Source of the DNA: Okamejei kenojei
Lineage: Eukaryota
Reading direction: 5' to 3'
Assembly: GCA_035221665.1 (NCBI GenBank)
Contig: CM069151.1
Location: 40,300,001 to 40,364,000, forward strand
DNA: 64,000 nucleotides
In this document: positions 25,263 to 39,803 of the stretch, one piece after another
How the letters are laid out: each line of letters opens with the position of its first letter
Position numbering within the stretch: the first letter of the stretch is position 1
The notes under the pieces: generated by a model
The model's database searches: none
Seen by the model: the letters and a program-made list of their open reading frames with translations, nothing else
What the model was told of the DNA's origin: nothing
Program-made: the position numbers and the translations under genes

Positions 25263-28200
25263 TCAAGGAAAATTATTGATAAATTACTTACTTTCCCTTC
25301 TAATCCAGTGGTCTGGAATCCCCACTCACATCAACAGGTCTCTGATCCTACCTCAGATTTAAACTGAATTAAGTTTGGAGAGGTGATTCCCCAGTAAGAC
25401 AGTGGTTCACTGTTGGATACCTCATGGTGGCATCTCTAACTCGGCAAGTCTCAGACCTCAGTGTCCAGCAGCGCATGATTGAAATTTCAAGGCTGAAATT
25501 TTTTGCAGTTCAAATCAAGGCAGTTCTAGCCAGCAAGTATTGCCTCATGTACAGGGAAATTTGAAGTTATCTACTTTAGTAGGAGTAAAAGGAAAGCAGA
25601 ATTATTTTAAAATAACGAGAGAACAGGAAATTTGACGTACACAGTAACCTGAATGTCCTGGACACAAATCACAAGCTAACATGCAGATATAATGAGTAAA
25701 AATGTAAATGTGATATTAGTCATTATTACAAATGGATTGAGTATAAGAGGAAAGAAATCACACAAAATTTAATAGCAAGACCATACATGAAGTATAACTT
25801 TACGTTTGTGGGAGTGCAATAAAGATTTGTTAGACTGATTTATTGGGATGAGGGATTATTCTATGACACGCGATTGAGTAAACAATTTCCACATTCCTTT
25901 ACACCCGAAAGATCGAAGGGCCTAATATGATTATGTCTCATGTTTTTGGAATGTGGTATTTTGGGAAAATTCAGAATGTTATTTATCTAGAGTTTCTTGA
26001 CGGTGATGGGCTGTATTTGTGAATCTCTGAAGAGTCCACTGGAACACTGCAGAGGGCAGTTAAGAGTCAACTGCATTGGTCCGGAACAGGACGAGACTGG
26101 TTAGGGTGGAAGGCTTCTTTTCTAATGTACATTAGTTTAAAGCAGCTTAATGGTCACATTTATTTCAAAAATTGCAATATTCAAAATATCTAATTTAAAT
26201 TGCTATAATGCCATAAAACTCTCATTCTTTCTAGATGTTGCCTTTACAAATCCAATACCATGCTCTAAATAAATATAGAGCTGCCCAAACTTGCAAAATA
26301 AAACATGTTTAATGGGACAGAAAGTGCATTCTGGTTAAATGAAAATCATTAAGTTTGTCAAATTATACCAACATTTCATTCCCCATCAATATATTCTGCT
26401 GCAAAGGATAATATTATCAGGATTGGCTCATTCATAGTTTATGATGTCCCTGCTATGAGGGAACTAGGCTGCAACTAGCCTATCAGCTGTTGCTGCTCCA
26501 AAGCTCATTATCCTATATTTTAAACTATGGCTGACAGTAGCTAGCCTGCAAAAGATTACCAGGCAACACAATCTGGAGATGAGTTGATTATAATAATTAC
26601 TCCTCTGCTAATCATTTTTTTTAAAGCAGTTAAATCTGTCACTCTTGATCACCTGTCTCAATTTGGAATTATTTTCAGATGTGCAGATGGATTAAAAAAA
26701 AAATCTGTCTTAATGCAATTGGCACATTTTTATTTTCAATTACTCTGCTATACAATCAGCCTTCATTCCTGTCATTTTAATTTAACAGTTCCATAACAGG
26801 CATCACCAGACATGCTGTATTAAATTGATTGCAGTTTCAAAAGTTTAATTGTTGCTGCTCCTGTCCTTGATTTCCCTCACATTTTTCATGACGGTCTGAA
26901 TATTCATCCTAACACTATCCATAATTAAACTAATGGAATAAATACTGTATCTAGTTGTTAACAAATAGCACAAAATATTATTACAACAGTGAAAAATTAT
27001 TTAACCATTTATGGGATATTTCTGAAAAGTCCGGGGAGCTCTTGTTGTGACACTCATTCTTTATTGTTCTGAGGAAAAAAACTTTCATCTCTGGATTTTT
27101 TGCCAACACGTTAAATCTGATTCCTCTGGTTATTGAGTCTACTGACAGTGGAAATGGTTTTTCCTTATTAAGAACAATTCATGCTTTTATCTGCCTGCAT
27201 TAAATCTTCTTTTAACTGTACCCGCTTTCTGAGAAACTCAATCTTCTCAATTCTCTTTATGTAAGACAGTGTTTCCTTAAATTTCCCCAGAATCCTCTTT
27301 GCATGCTTCCTGTAATGTTGTGCCCATGAGTGGAAACCAACACTTCCACTAATCAGAAATGTATTAGTTTTAGCACTATTTCCTTGCTTCTGTATTCTTA
27401 TGCCTCCAGAACATCAAAGTACCCTGGATGCACCTTTTTTTTACATCCTACTGTGTTTAAAAAGTTAGATGCAAGAATGCACATTAGAGGTCAAACTCAC
27501 ATATAATTTGTTTGTATGGTGCTGGTTAATGGATACGTCAATCTCAAAAATGTTTCTTTTACAGGACAGGTCATACCCTGTTTAGAGAAATCGCACTAAC
27601 ATTCAGTATCTTCCCTTCCCTTTGTGGGCACTTCACTAGATCATGCAGCTCTAACTTTGGTGATACCATCCAAACATGGCACCTCTTATATTCAGCATTT
27701 TCAAAATGAACTAAATATCACAAGTTTGAATCTTTACCAATACTGATTTCTCGATCCAGTTTGTTGAACTCAGGGGCTTTCTGTTGCTTGCTGCCCATGG
27801 AACTGCGGCAGACAGCGGTCAACTGGGAAGCGGCAACCTTTACAGGAACGTACAAGGCCACTGTGAATTGCAAAATGAGAGGGGAATATGATGGAAACGG
27901 CACTGACACATGCAAAATGAGGCCAGCACCACTAGCAGAAGCACCCTGACTTTATCTCTTGCTGTGCCCTTAGCTACCAAAGCCCTAACCTCTGGAGTTT
28001 CCTCCCTAAACCTTTCTGCATTAATGATATTACCCTTTAATTTAAGCTATCAGCCATCCTAATTATGTCCTATGTGAATCATACTTTGCTTGATAACACT
28101 GTAACAGTATAATGTTTTGCAATTTAAAGAGCCTATATAAATGCAAGTTGTTGATGCCTTCCAGATAGATCATCATTGTAGCTTCCTTGCAAAATCTATG

Positions 28201-30077
28201 TACCTCAAGGACATTCTACAATGGGTCAGGTATTACCAGTTTATGCTTTGCCACCATGACCAGGTATACTTTCTTCAGAAAGCTTGCCTTTTAAACAACG
28301 GGCAATTCTTTGCAGAGACATATCACCCAAACAGCCATGTGATATGTGCTAGCCCACAGAATGAATACACCAATTACTCAGTGTGGAAGCAAGCCAAATC
28401 AAGGATACATTCCAACAGGGAACTTGACAAGTGGGACTGTCTGTATATCCATCAGGGTCAAGAAGCTTTGTTAAATTGCCTTCTTATATGAGGAAGACCA
28501 GGCTTATGGTAACACTGTTACCGTCACACTGGCTTGACACTAGGTAATTCAGCAAAAAATGGGAATCAAACCCCAAACCATCTTGGCTCAACTCTACGCT
28601 GGATAAACTCACAGCCACGTGTAAGATTTTTGGAATATGCTTTAAAAAAAAAACCTCAAAAGTAAAATGTATTTAATTCCACAGCAACTGAGCTCAGGAA
28701 AAAAAAAACGGGAGGCCAGAATAGGGCCTCTACAGTGTTGGACAAAGGGGTGATCTGTTCTGCAGCTCTGCTGCTGCTGATTACAGGCTGCAGATTAATG
28801 TGGTCATGTGAGATACTTAGAACAAGGCAAGCTGTCAGGAGCTGCTGCGGTCAGCGTGAGCTATCGAAGCAAAGCTAAGTAAAGATCGGAGGTATAAAAT
28901 GGGCAGATTCATCTATTTTCGATGTCTTTAACCTGCTAAAGAGCAGTTCACGTTCCACAGTAATTTACCTCTTCCTCATTCCATTTTTAAGAATTTTAAT
29001 TGACATTTGATGTGGCCAGGTTGTTCTACTCATCTCAATGTTTCCTATTCTTTTTCACTTGACCAATGTACTGCACTGTGCACTTTAATCTGAATCTTCC
29101 CAGTAACAACTCCAGCACAGAGACACACAAACACACTGTAAGTGCCTATCTGTGCCTAAGTGACAAATATGGCATCTAATATTATTGTCCCCCATAGTTC
29201 TGGCCTAGGAGCAATTTAACCATACACTCTACTTAAACACCACCTATCCTTCCACATGAAAAGGCCAGACAAAGCTTCAACAAAGTCTGTGCTGGAATTG
29301 AAATTAGATCTATGCTTACTCTTCTGCACAACAGGGAAATGTAGCAACAGGGGGGAAAAACCCACCAATATGATCTGGGTCTTAGTCTAAATAACAGCAG
29401 CGAAAACTGTAAGTATAATCCTGTGTCAAATGGGTCCAATACTGCGTCAAATCAAGAGATGTATAATGGAGGATGTACAATTGCTTAAACTTATGGAATA
29501 AATTGGATAGGATGTTGATTTGTAGTTCGAAATGCTGTACTAGATTGAAGCTTGTGAATTTCAACCCTAAAGAAAAATAGTCCCGTATCAATAGTATATA
29601 TAAAAAATGACCCGCAGAGATGGGAGTATACAAGAAAGTAACACATGCAATTCATGCATAGCCAAGCTTGGAACATATACACATACTCATGTCATGCAAA
29701 GCAAGGTGATTTTTAAGAGAAGTAAAATCAAATACAACTGTGTGAATTCAGAGTAAATTTAATCAAAGAAGGTTTATGATACAGGAAGTGGCCATTTGGC
29801 CCATGAATAATAAAAAGGAGCTAAGCCTCACTTTCCTGCCCATGATCCAGAATCCTTTTAGGTCACACCTCTTCCAAGTACACATCAACTTGCCTTTCAA
29901 ATGCGATCAGGTGCTTCTACCAGATCCTTATCACTTGCCAAGTGAAAATGATTAAACCTTCTATTGATGACTTTCAATCTACATCACCTGTTACCTGACC
30001 TCTCTTCTAAGGAAAATCTTATTTTACTGTAACCAGGCCATTCATAATATAACTCACTGACCGGCAATTATCTGGAC

Positions 30078-30188
30078 GACACCTCTTCCCACCCTGCCTT
30101 TTGCAAAGACGCTATCCCCTACTCTCAATTTCTCCTGTCTCCTCCGCATTTGCTCCCAATATGAGACTTTCCATTCTAGGACATCCAG
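30078..30188 (+). mobile_element. Penelope-like RT C-terminal fragment
   Basis: Translates to TSSHPAFCKDAIPYSQFL and then (frameshifted) LLRICSQ, typical of PLE RT. Confidence 0.7.
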
Positions 30189-31769
30189 GATTTTGAAAAT
30201 AGAGAAAGATGAGAGAAGAGTCATTCATCAGACATCATTTTCAAAGAGCTGGCACAGAGACAATGAAATAAATATCTATCAAATGTGTTGCAAGATTCCA
30301 TGAATGCACTTTCTTCTAGCCTACACAATTCTGTTCTCTGAAGCTGAAATGAAGCTCATGACTTCATTTTCTAGCTTGTCATTCTTTCCTGGGGCTTGAA
30401 AACAGAGGAAACCCTTTTTGCCTCCCAGTATCCTTGTTTTCAAATAATTATGTTTATTTTAAAAATCCAAACTCAAAAATCTGGTGACATTTAGGTGCAA
30501 AAGAGAAATGTCACTCGTGGACTGTCCCATCTTTCATTCAGTAAAAACATACAGCTGCCGCAACATTGTGAAATGCTGCGGCTTCCTGAATAATGCAGGG
30601 TGAATGCAGAAGATCTATATGTGATTGTCACCAGGACTGGAAGAGTTTAGTGCTAAGAAAATATTAGAAAAATTAAAATTGTCTTCTTTAGCTGAGTTAT
30701 GTAAAAATCTCTCGGGTCCATGCTAACAAGGATGCATTTTTGGCAGAGGAGTCAAAAACTAGAGGAGTCAGATTTAAAGCAATGGATAGCAGGAAGATTG
30801 GAGGGAAGATGATGACAATGTTTCTTCAGTCAGAAGACAGTATGTGTAACTTACTTTCTGTAATAGTAGAATCAGAACACTTATCATATCTATAAAAAGT
30901 ACTTGGGTGCGTACTTGAAGAGCCACAGACCAAGCTTTGAAAGATGATATTAGGCTAGTTAGCTCTTTCTTGTTTGGTAAGATAAATAACTCCTTGCAAC
31001 ATGATTCTATAATGTTGGTCTCAAAGTTGCGGTTTACTGTTCGCGACCAAAAATCACCTCCCCTCATTCTTATCATACACTAATGATGCCACACAAAGTC
31101 TTTATTTAACTCCTAAGAAGCCATGCCTTATGCTGAGGAACATGGTCATTCACGTGTTTTTTTTGTATAGTGGTACACACACTGTTAAACTGCTGAGAGG
31201 CTTCCTATCTTAAATAGCTATGCAAAACCAAAATCACTATTTGTTTTTGATTTAAATAAAGTTCCATTTCTCCCTCTCATTTGTCATTTGCTTGTGTGTC
31301 AATGCTGCACGCTCATTGACATGTTTTCCTTTCTTCCTAATGCGTTTTCAGTTTTGGTCTCACCATATTTTAAGAGTCTCAGGCAAATAGTCATTGCACA
31401 CCCGTTTAACAGCGATGACATAATGTAGTCTGCATGCTGGCCCTGGAAAGCCTGTTGGACAGCAATGACCTTGAATGACTATTTCTGATTGTTCTAGCAG
31501 AAGCAGCTAGTACTGAAATTGGAAGCTGCCCTCACCCCAATAGTATCAAATTCAATTATTTTTATTATTTTTTTTTTAATGAGGAAAATGAAAAAAAGTG
31601 TAAAACTGGGAGCAAGGAATGAGGCAATGGAGAAAACAGTTAATTCTGAATGCTTTCCAAGCATAGAAAAATAATCAATCTTGCGCAACATGGAAACATA
31701 TAGTAATGGGGAGCCACCATCTCAGAACTGTAGAATCATAGCCAGGCAGTGGATTGAAACAAAAGGTTT

Positions 31770-32290
31770 CAATGGATTGCAAAGAAAGGTGGGCAGAGAA
31801 AAATTGAAAGTTGGATGCAAAGAGCATGGAGCGGTAAAGATTAGTGAAGTGGCAAAAACATGGCAAGAGGGAGTATAATGTGGGAAAATGTGAAACTTCG
31901 CACTTCGGTAGGAACAACATGAACGCAGAATGTTGTTTAAACGGAGAGAGACTTCAGAATGCTTCAGTTTAGAAGGATCCGCATGCCTTATAGACAAAAC
32001 AAAGGGCGTTTGCAAGCAGGTACATCAATTAGTTAACAGAATGTTGACTTTGACTGCAAAGAAGATGGAATATGACAAGATTTGATATTTGGGAATGGAG
32101 GGCTTGTCTTGTGGGGACAGGTTGAGGACATTGTATCTACATAAGAGTTATGAAATATAAAGGGATTCTAAAGGGCTTTGACAAGATCAAAGCTCTATAG
32201 CAACCAGAACAAAGGGGCACAATTTCAGAAGACATTTAAGATTCAGGTGGGAAGGATTTTCTTCTTCTTCTGAGGCCCAAGAATCTTAAC
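31770..32290 (+). mobile_element. Old CR1 fragment
   Basis: WQ..YNVGKCE.SHFGR remnant. Confidence 0.65.
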
Positions 32291-34260
32291 AAAAAGTGAC
32301 ACATATTTGTATGTCTTGGGATATGGGAGGAAAACTAAGCATCCATGGAAAAGCCAACATTGTTACAGGGAAACGGTGCAAACTCCACACAGTTAACAGC
32401 AGAGGTTAGGGATCAAACCTGGGTCACCAGAACTGCCCGGAAGTATCATTACCTGCCGTGCTCTGTGCTATCACGGTGACAAGATCATTCTCGTGTAAAT
32501 GCTTCAGGATTTATTATTCTCTGGCTTTGATCTACAGAGTGCTGGTGGTTATGGGAAGGGGTCAAAAGTAGAGATGAGACCAAGGTCAGATCACCCTTGA
32601 TCTTACTCAATGATCAACGGGTTCAAATACCCACATGGAATATTCTGCTCCTACTACTTGTTTTAAACAAAAAGTTAGCACCTGTGGAATCACACACCAC
32701 CTGTAGTAACATGCACTGTCATGGAGCTATCATCACGATTGCTGCCTTCCTGCTGTGGTGTGATTCCACAAGTACTGACACCCTGTTGACATGGATTTCC
32801 ATTGGTGATAGTATGTTTCCATGGTTGCTGACTCCCTGCTGGTGTCTGCTTATTAGATTTTGACAAAGAATATGTTGTTCAACACAAACCTGTCTTTTCT
32901 TACCCCCTCTGTTTAAACTTAAGACCCACAATCAGTAATGAAAGCACATAATATTTTTTAAATGTGAGATTCCCTTAATAACAACTATCGCCTCTTAAAC
33001 CTTTGCACATTCAAGGCAGATCAACAAGCGGAAAAAGAGAAGAGAGGGAGATGTCAAAATGGCCAGATATAGAGACATACACACACATAGAAAGGACATT
33101 GAATTCACATCTTGAAAGATTCCAGAATTTAGCATAAAAAAGTCGATATATCCTGCATGTCATAGTTAGATTTCTTGAGCAGATTTATTTTTCAATAACG
33201 TGCACATTCTTCCAGCCATTGCCTGGAATCACAGAATGCGTTTGCTTCTCAGGGCCAGGCAAAAACTGCCCATGACAGCTGTTCTGCTTAGTCTGGTGAC
33301 CGATAATGGATTGCATCAAAGCTCTTTAAAACCGCTCAGGAGAGACAACTATTTTTGGATGGAACAAGTCTGAGGGAGGGGGAGGAAGATGAGGTTAAGA
33401 AAAATAACTAATTGTTTCCTCGCTGATACTATATTTCTTCAATTACGTTTAAGTAACTAAAAGCACATGACACCACACAATACTATTATCTGGAGGATGG
33501 GTAGGTGACTGCCTAATCTCAAAGCAACATAGATGTGAAAAAGGAGATTAAATTGTGTTGTTCATGTAAAAGGAGAACAAGGGATGTTGTGAGAACCTTG
33601 TAAAACATTTATAAAAGAATCACAGAGCTAAGTTGCACTGAAGTAGAAGTGACAATCCAGCATTTACCCAGACGTTCTTACATGCCCTTAATAAAACATT
33701 AAATACAGTGACTGCTAACGATAGGGTGGTGCTGGTACACACTACAGAACAGTTGCTGCACTCAATTACATAATTTATACTGCATCTCGTAATGCAATTC
33801 CAAGTGGAAAAATTGACAAGAACTGTTTCTATATGACAAAATGTTGTATAATGGAAGGCAGCATTGCTTTGGAGGCACATATACAAACGTTCCCACTATT
33901 CTGTGCCGTCTCCCTCTCGCAGTTGTAAAGATAAATATGATTAAGGCAGTCTCTTTGGAAATCTCCACTGCTAATTTGAGGAGCTTGCAAGTCATTGCAA
34001 CAAACTTTTAAGGCAAGTGTTCCAGATCCTAAATCAATGTACTTCCACAAGAGCCAAATAATGTAGCCCAGAATTTCAGAGATGTTGATAGCCACTAACA
34101 TTAATCAAGCAGATTTATTTTAGATCCACTATTGAGAGAATGAAAGGTTACAGGGGTTTAACAAATACATTCTTTCATCTCTGGGGTCCTCATATGCTGG
34201 CTAGATTAACGTATTGTTAATATGGTTTGAACCAAACCAATTTTAAATGCATGCATGTTT

Positions 34261-34692
34261 AGGAAGGAACTGCAGATGCTGGAAAACCGAACACCTCCGC
34301 TCGGTTCGCAATAACCAACCTGATCTCCCGGTGGCTCAGGACTTCAACTCCCCCTCCCATTCTGAATCCGTCCTTTCTTTCCTGGGCCTCCTCCATGGCC
34401 AGAGTGATGGACCACCGTAAATTGGAGGAGCAGCACCTCATATTTCACTTGGGCAGTTTGCACCCCAGCGGTATGAACATTGACTTCTCTAATTTCAGGT
34501 AGTCCTTACTTTCTCCTCCCCTTCTCAGCTCTCCCTCAGCCCTCCTCCCTCCACCTCTTCCTTTCTTCCTCCTGCCCCCCCTCCACCCTCACATCAGTCA
34601 GAAGAAGGGTTTCGACCCGAAAAGTTGCCTATTTCCTTCGCTCCATAGATGCGGCCTTACCCACGAAGTTTTTCCAGCATTTTTGTCTACCT
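34261..34692 (+). mobile_element. Penelope-like element 3' end (GIY-YIG endonuclease C-terminus plus terminal repeat, short inverted 5' piece)
   Basis: EHLRSVRNNQPDLPVAQDFNSPSH..RKLEEQHLIFHLGSLHPSGMNIDFSNFR*, then GAAGAAGGGTTTCGACCCGAAA; the 5' end AGGAACTGCAGATGCTGG is an inverted copy of the family's 3' terminus. Confidence 0.88.
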
Positions 34693-36578
34693 TTAAAGGC
34701 ATGCAAACTGGCATATATTGGCACCTCTGCCTAAACCAGCGGGTGCGAATAAAGCAAAAGACTCACATGGATATATTTCTGATATTTTCATTGAGGTAAT
34801 TTCTTGGGCAATATTAGACCAGATCATGGAAGATAGTGGAAAATACTCTATTCCATAGTATTAACTCCATTAAGCACCACAATAAATCTTATACTAAAAC
34901 AAGGTTTTGCACCTATCATAATAATTCCTAGAAGCCAACTCCTAGACTGAATTAGTACATAAATTACTCAATAGTTCCAGTCCTTCTTTCCTCTTCCAGC
35001 TCAAACTCCTGGAGTCAAATTCTAGAAGCACTTATCTTTATTGAACCTAGTGCACTTCATTCATTAATTATGGCTGATTAAAGTGCCGGACACACTTGAG
35101 ACATATGTGTGTGTTGAAATGTTGAGGAGTTTTTAGGAATTAAGTTTACATCACATTATGACGATATGGTCATAAAACTTTCATGACAGCTTGTTGTCAT
35201 TAAATATTTATTCCGGTAATGCTTCAGACATCAGTTCAGGACCAATAGGTCCTGGATTGCCTGGAGAATGGAAGTAACAGTCTCCAATATTTGCGCAGTT
35301 AAATTTACAGCAGAAATTGATACCGCATTTTGATTTATTTAGACAATTATAAATACTGAAAATCCACTCAATTCAATCCAAATCTTTACATTTGTTAATC
35401 TCCCGTGCCAGATGGATGAGCAATATATAATAAACTCGAATTCCTGATAAATGTTTGGCATATAGTTAAATAAGTCACTTAACAGGACCTAGAAAGCAAA
35501 CATTTTGTTACGTCTAGGCAGAAGGACTGGAGAAACCAATTTTAGGAGAGACTTCAATATGCAGTTGACTAGCAATTTGTTTGGAATGGTGGTTAAGGCT
35601 TGGCCATAATGTTCATAGAAGAATGGATGTTGTACAGCAAACAGTTTGATATTGCTAAATTGAACAGGGGCACACTTTAGTCTTACCATGTAACCATGGA
35701 AGAAAATATAAATCCCTTAGGGATTAATTGTAATCATTGGACAGAGCACCACAAAAAGCCAAAAATAGATTTAAGATTTGGATTTAGCGTCTTTCACTCT
35801 ACAGCCAATGAAGTACATTTGAAGCACAGTTGCAATTACAATTATGTAGAGGAACATCCATATTGACCCCCAGCTGGAATCCACACTAGGAGCTTCTGAC
35901 TTAAGTAGCTGAACTTCTCCAGTCAATTTTAGTTTCTAAGCTGCTCACAGTTATTCATTGCATTGGAGCATAACAACAGTCACTATAATCTTAAAACAAT
36001 TTATCGGATCTGAAGCACTTTCCAGTATCAGCAAGAAGCAACGGATTGATATATTTTATTTCTACTTTACTCTTAGTCTGCAATCTTGGGTATAATGTTG
36101 TGCTCACCTAACTTGGCAGAAAAAAAATCTACAGATGCTGTAAAGGATTTTATTTAGAAATTAAAAAATCAACTTGCATTTCTTTTGCACTCTGCGTGCA
36201 GAGGCAAATCTCCGAACGCTTTGCAGAACAAAGGCAAGAAAGGGGGGGGGGGGGGAAAGCAGGCAAAAGCATTGCAAAGAAAATTGTATTGATGAGGACA
36301 TAAGATAGAGATGTTGAGAGTTCAATAAAATGAAGATTAAAATGCTGAAAGAGCAAATGATACTGTGAAGCAGAAGAGAAAAGAACAAGACATAGCCTGG
36401 TGTTGGGAGACTGAATGTGGCCCGTGGAAATGTGGCAATATGAGAGAGGGAGGGACAAGGTGAAGGGACAAAATCCTATCTATTGATACTAAACATCAAT
36501 GGTAGTAAGACTGATGAAACTGCAAACCTAACCACAGTCTAAATTAAACTTTACAATAAAAATAAAAGCAGTTCTTAC

Positions 36579-36703
36579 CATTAGCATCCTGAACCCCAGT
36601 CAGTGCACCAACAGCTGCAGCGGTCTCTCCCGACAACACAATCTGACCTCCGCCCTGAAGAGTGGCTTCTGCAAGCGTGGCGACAGCATGAGCAGCAGCC
36701 TCA
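36579..36703 (-). CDS. NRF1: NRF1 penultimate coding exon
   Basis: (S)EAAAHAVATLAEATLQGGGQIVLSGETAAAVGALTGVQDAN(G); 125 nt, phase 2-1; ttgcag| acceptor and |GTAAG donor. Confidence 0.96.
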
Positions 36704-37407
36704 CTGCAACGGAGAAAGGAAAAACGGATTGGGCACAAGATGGGCTTCTTGTTGCTGACAACCGACAGCACTAGTAAAACATACTTGCATAAATACAAAT
36801 AAGCACATTTCCAAATACAGAAGCACATAGCAAAGGCAGTGGTCAACTGTCCATTCATAAATGCTGTCTTGTTAAAAAAGGATAGATACTTGATATGGTG
36901 GAGGGAGTAGCATAACGATGGTGGCTGTTTTCTAAGTTGTTATCATTATATGCCCCCGCTGCACTCTCCATTGTGCAGTCCCAGCTCACAATTTGCTGCA
37001 TAAAATTCTCTCATCTTCTTCAGTTAATTTACCGAATATCTTAAATCTGCCTGGCCAACAGTAACAGTTTAATGACTTTTCGTTTACCCAAATCTCTATT
37101 ATTTGAGCACCTTCACTAAATTGTAAATTGTTAAGCTCTGCTCCAGGGGAGCCCCCCCCCCCCCACCCCCCAAGGAGACATATCAAAATCAAGATGACAT
37201 ACATTTAAGGTGAGTGGGAAAATTTGAAGGGAATTTACATGGTTAGTTTTTTTTTTAAACAGTGAACGGTAGTGCTCAGAACTGGGGAGGTGATGAAGGG
37301 AGATGCAGGAACATTTAAGAGGCGTGTGGACAGGCACATGGGCAGGCCGATAAGAGTTATGGACAATGAGAAGGCAAAGTGCAAGTAGTTTAAATTGGCA
37401 ACATGTT

Positions 37408-37808
37408 GCAGGAAGGAGCTGCAGGTACTGGTTTAAACTGAAGGCAGACACAAAATGTTGGAGTAACTCAGCGGGACAGGCATCTCTGGTATAGAAGGAA
37501 TGGGTGACGTTTCGGGTCGAGAACCATCTTCAAACTTAGTCGGGGGAGAGGGAGATACAGAGATAAGGAAGTGTAAGGTGTAAAAACAAGACAAAGGAGA
37601 TGGAGTTCATGGAAAATGTAGAATAGATCATTGTTAGCTAGGAGAAGGTAACAACAAAGCAAACAGAGATAAAATGTTAATGAGGAGTCAGACTAGTCGG
37701 AGAACTGGGAAGGGGGGAGGGGTGGGGAAAAAGGGAAGGCAAGGGTTACAAAGTTAGAGAAGTCAATATTCATACTGCGGGGAAGTTGCCCAAGCAAAAT
37801 ATGAGGCA
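37408..37808 (-). mobile_element. Penelope-like element 3' end
   Basis: Reverse-complement terminal repeat (GGGTGACGTTTCGGGTCGAG) plus the ORF-end remnant ATGAATATTGACTTCTCTAACT on the minus strand. Confidence 0.8.
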
Positions 37809-39587
37809 TGGCAACATGGTTGGCACAGAAGGGCCTGTTCCTGTGCTGCATTGTTCTAAGAGTATATAGAACTTGTTTCTCATCAGGAAATAAATATTTC
37901 CATGATTAAAATGTCACAAATGACAAGATATTATTCAGAAAACAGACCAGAACTTGAAACAAATCTATTAATCTCCCAGCCTACCCAAAAAGGCATGCTA
38001 TGCCATGCCTTTCTGAGCCTCAGTTCACAGCATGCATGTGCTGGGGCTGCGACACAGTTCAGATTCAGTCAAGAGAAAAAGCAGGATGGGCGAACTGGGG
38101 AAATAAATGGTTTAGAGAAACAGTATGTTTTATGGAGTGAATGCATCTTCTTTTTAATATCACCCTCAGGGATCATGATGTTACGAATGGTTTAAATGCA
38201 TGAGACTCTTACTGTAACGAAAGGGAAGAATACTGTGACAATAAAAGTGCATAATGCTTTGTACTTCCAAATGAAACTTTGCATGCTGGCTGGAAAATAC
38301 CAGTCAGTGTTGCCCTCTACTGGAATTGATGCCTCCATGAAAAAGGATTTCTTAAAAAGAAAAACAGACTGAAGATGTTATTGAGACCAACATTTCTTTC
38401 TAAGTTTAGATAAGGTAAGAGGTTTTAATATACTTAGTCACCAACATCTGACATCAAGTAAAACCTTGTACAAAATTATGTCACAGGAATCTTTTGACTA
38501 TAGATTTTCCACCCCTAATCAGCTAAACAGAGGTGCATCCAAGAGAATATTGTTAAATGTATTAGGTTTGACAGCGAGTGGTGATAGTGGCTGTTCAAAA
38601 GTTAGTAGCAATGGATATGTGTGTCCCTCAACAAAGACTAACTGCAGCTGATGTAGCTTACCTCAGGGAAACAAAAGTCTTCAAATACAACTCCATTTAA
38701 TAACTGTTGCATTACTCAATGACAAACCTTCCAGAAAAATAAGGTGATATTTCTTTCAAACTGTTTAATGACAGGATGCAGAAAGATTAACCTGCATGCT
38801 AAGTACAAAGATCATTGTGCAAAGCAAAGCAGTGTGGTTAATCGATCTATTCAAAGGTAGATACATCATAGGTTCGCTGTTACTTAATTCTCTTTAATAT
38901 TGACCAACAAAATGTGTCCAACATCCGTAGTATTTAACTCTGGGTTTTGATCAAGAATAATCTGCAGGGAAACTCAAAAAGCAGCCCCATTAAGAATGCT
39001 TATCCAGAAGCAGTACTTTCAACAAATGCCCCTGAAGGCTTCTAATTGTAGTCTGTCTGCAAACTAGAAATTACTTCTCTGCATTGTTTTAGGATCTCAG
39101 CGTGGGGGTGAGTCGGCCGTGATTAAAGTTAGGGACCATCAAGGTTGGAACACAAAATCAAGTAACTGTTTATATCCAAGGCTGGATTATCATTGTTTAA
39201 AAAACATTATTAGTCCATCATCATAATTATTCCACTTTCGTTCCTCTATCTGCACTGAGGCGACTGGTCACAGCCAACACAAAATAAAGTACTGCAAATG
39301 GATATGGGTCAAACATGGCTGAATGAGACTAATTTGGACGGGAAATCTTGGTTAGCATAGACAAGTGTCCGTGCAGTATGACTCTACAATTTTAGCATTT
39401 AACCAGTCTCACAACATATTTTTAAACTTCCATTACTAATGTTTCCTCAGTATCAATAGCAAAGGGACTAGTTGTTCTGACTAGAGTATTTTAGTCTATT
39501 CTTTTTCAGTGTAATTAAAAACCAAGACATCCCACTTGCTATTTGACTTAGCTTCAACGCTCAGTCTAATTAAGTGCATGCATGGGT

Positions 39588-39803
39588 AGGAACTGCAGAT
39601 GCTGGTTTAAACTGAAGATATACACAAAAAGCTTACAGCGAGACAGGCAGCATCTCTGAATAGAAGGCATGGGTGACGTTTCGGGTCGAGACCCTTCTTC
39701 AGACTGTCTGAAGAAGGGTCTCGACCTGAAATGTCACCCATTCCTTTTCTCCCAAGATGCTGCCTGTCCCACTGAGTTACTGCAGATATTTGTGTCTATC
39801 TTC
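39588..39803. mobile_element. Back-to-back inverted pair of Penelope-like terminal repeats
   Basis: Palindrome centred on 39705: ..GACCCTTCTTCAGAC-T-GTCTGAAGAAGGGTC.. Confidence 0.9.
39671..39704 (-). ncRNA. Minimal type-I hammerhead ribozyme motif
   Basis: GU-CUGAAGA-A-GGGU-CUCG-ACCC-GAAA-CG-UC-ACCC: CUGANGA box, stem II, GAAA box, palindromic ACGU stem III, and a UC cleavage site. Confidence 0.7.
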
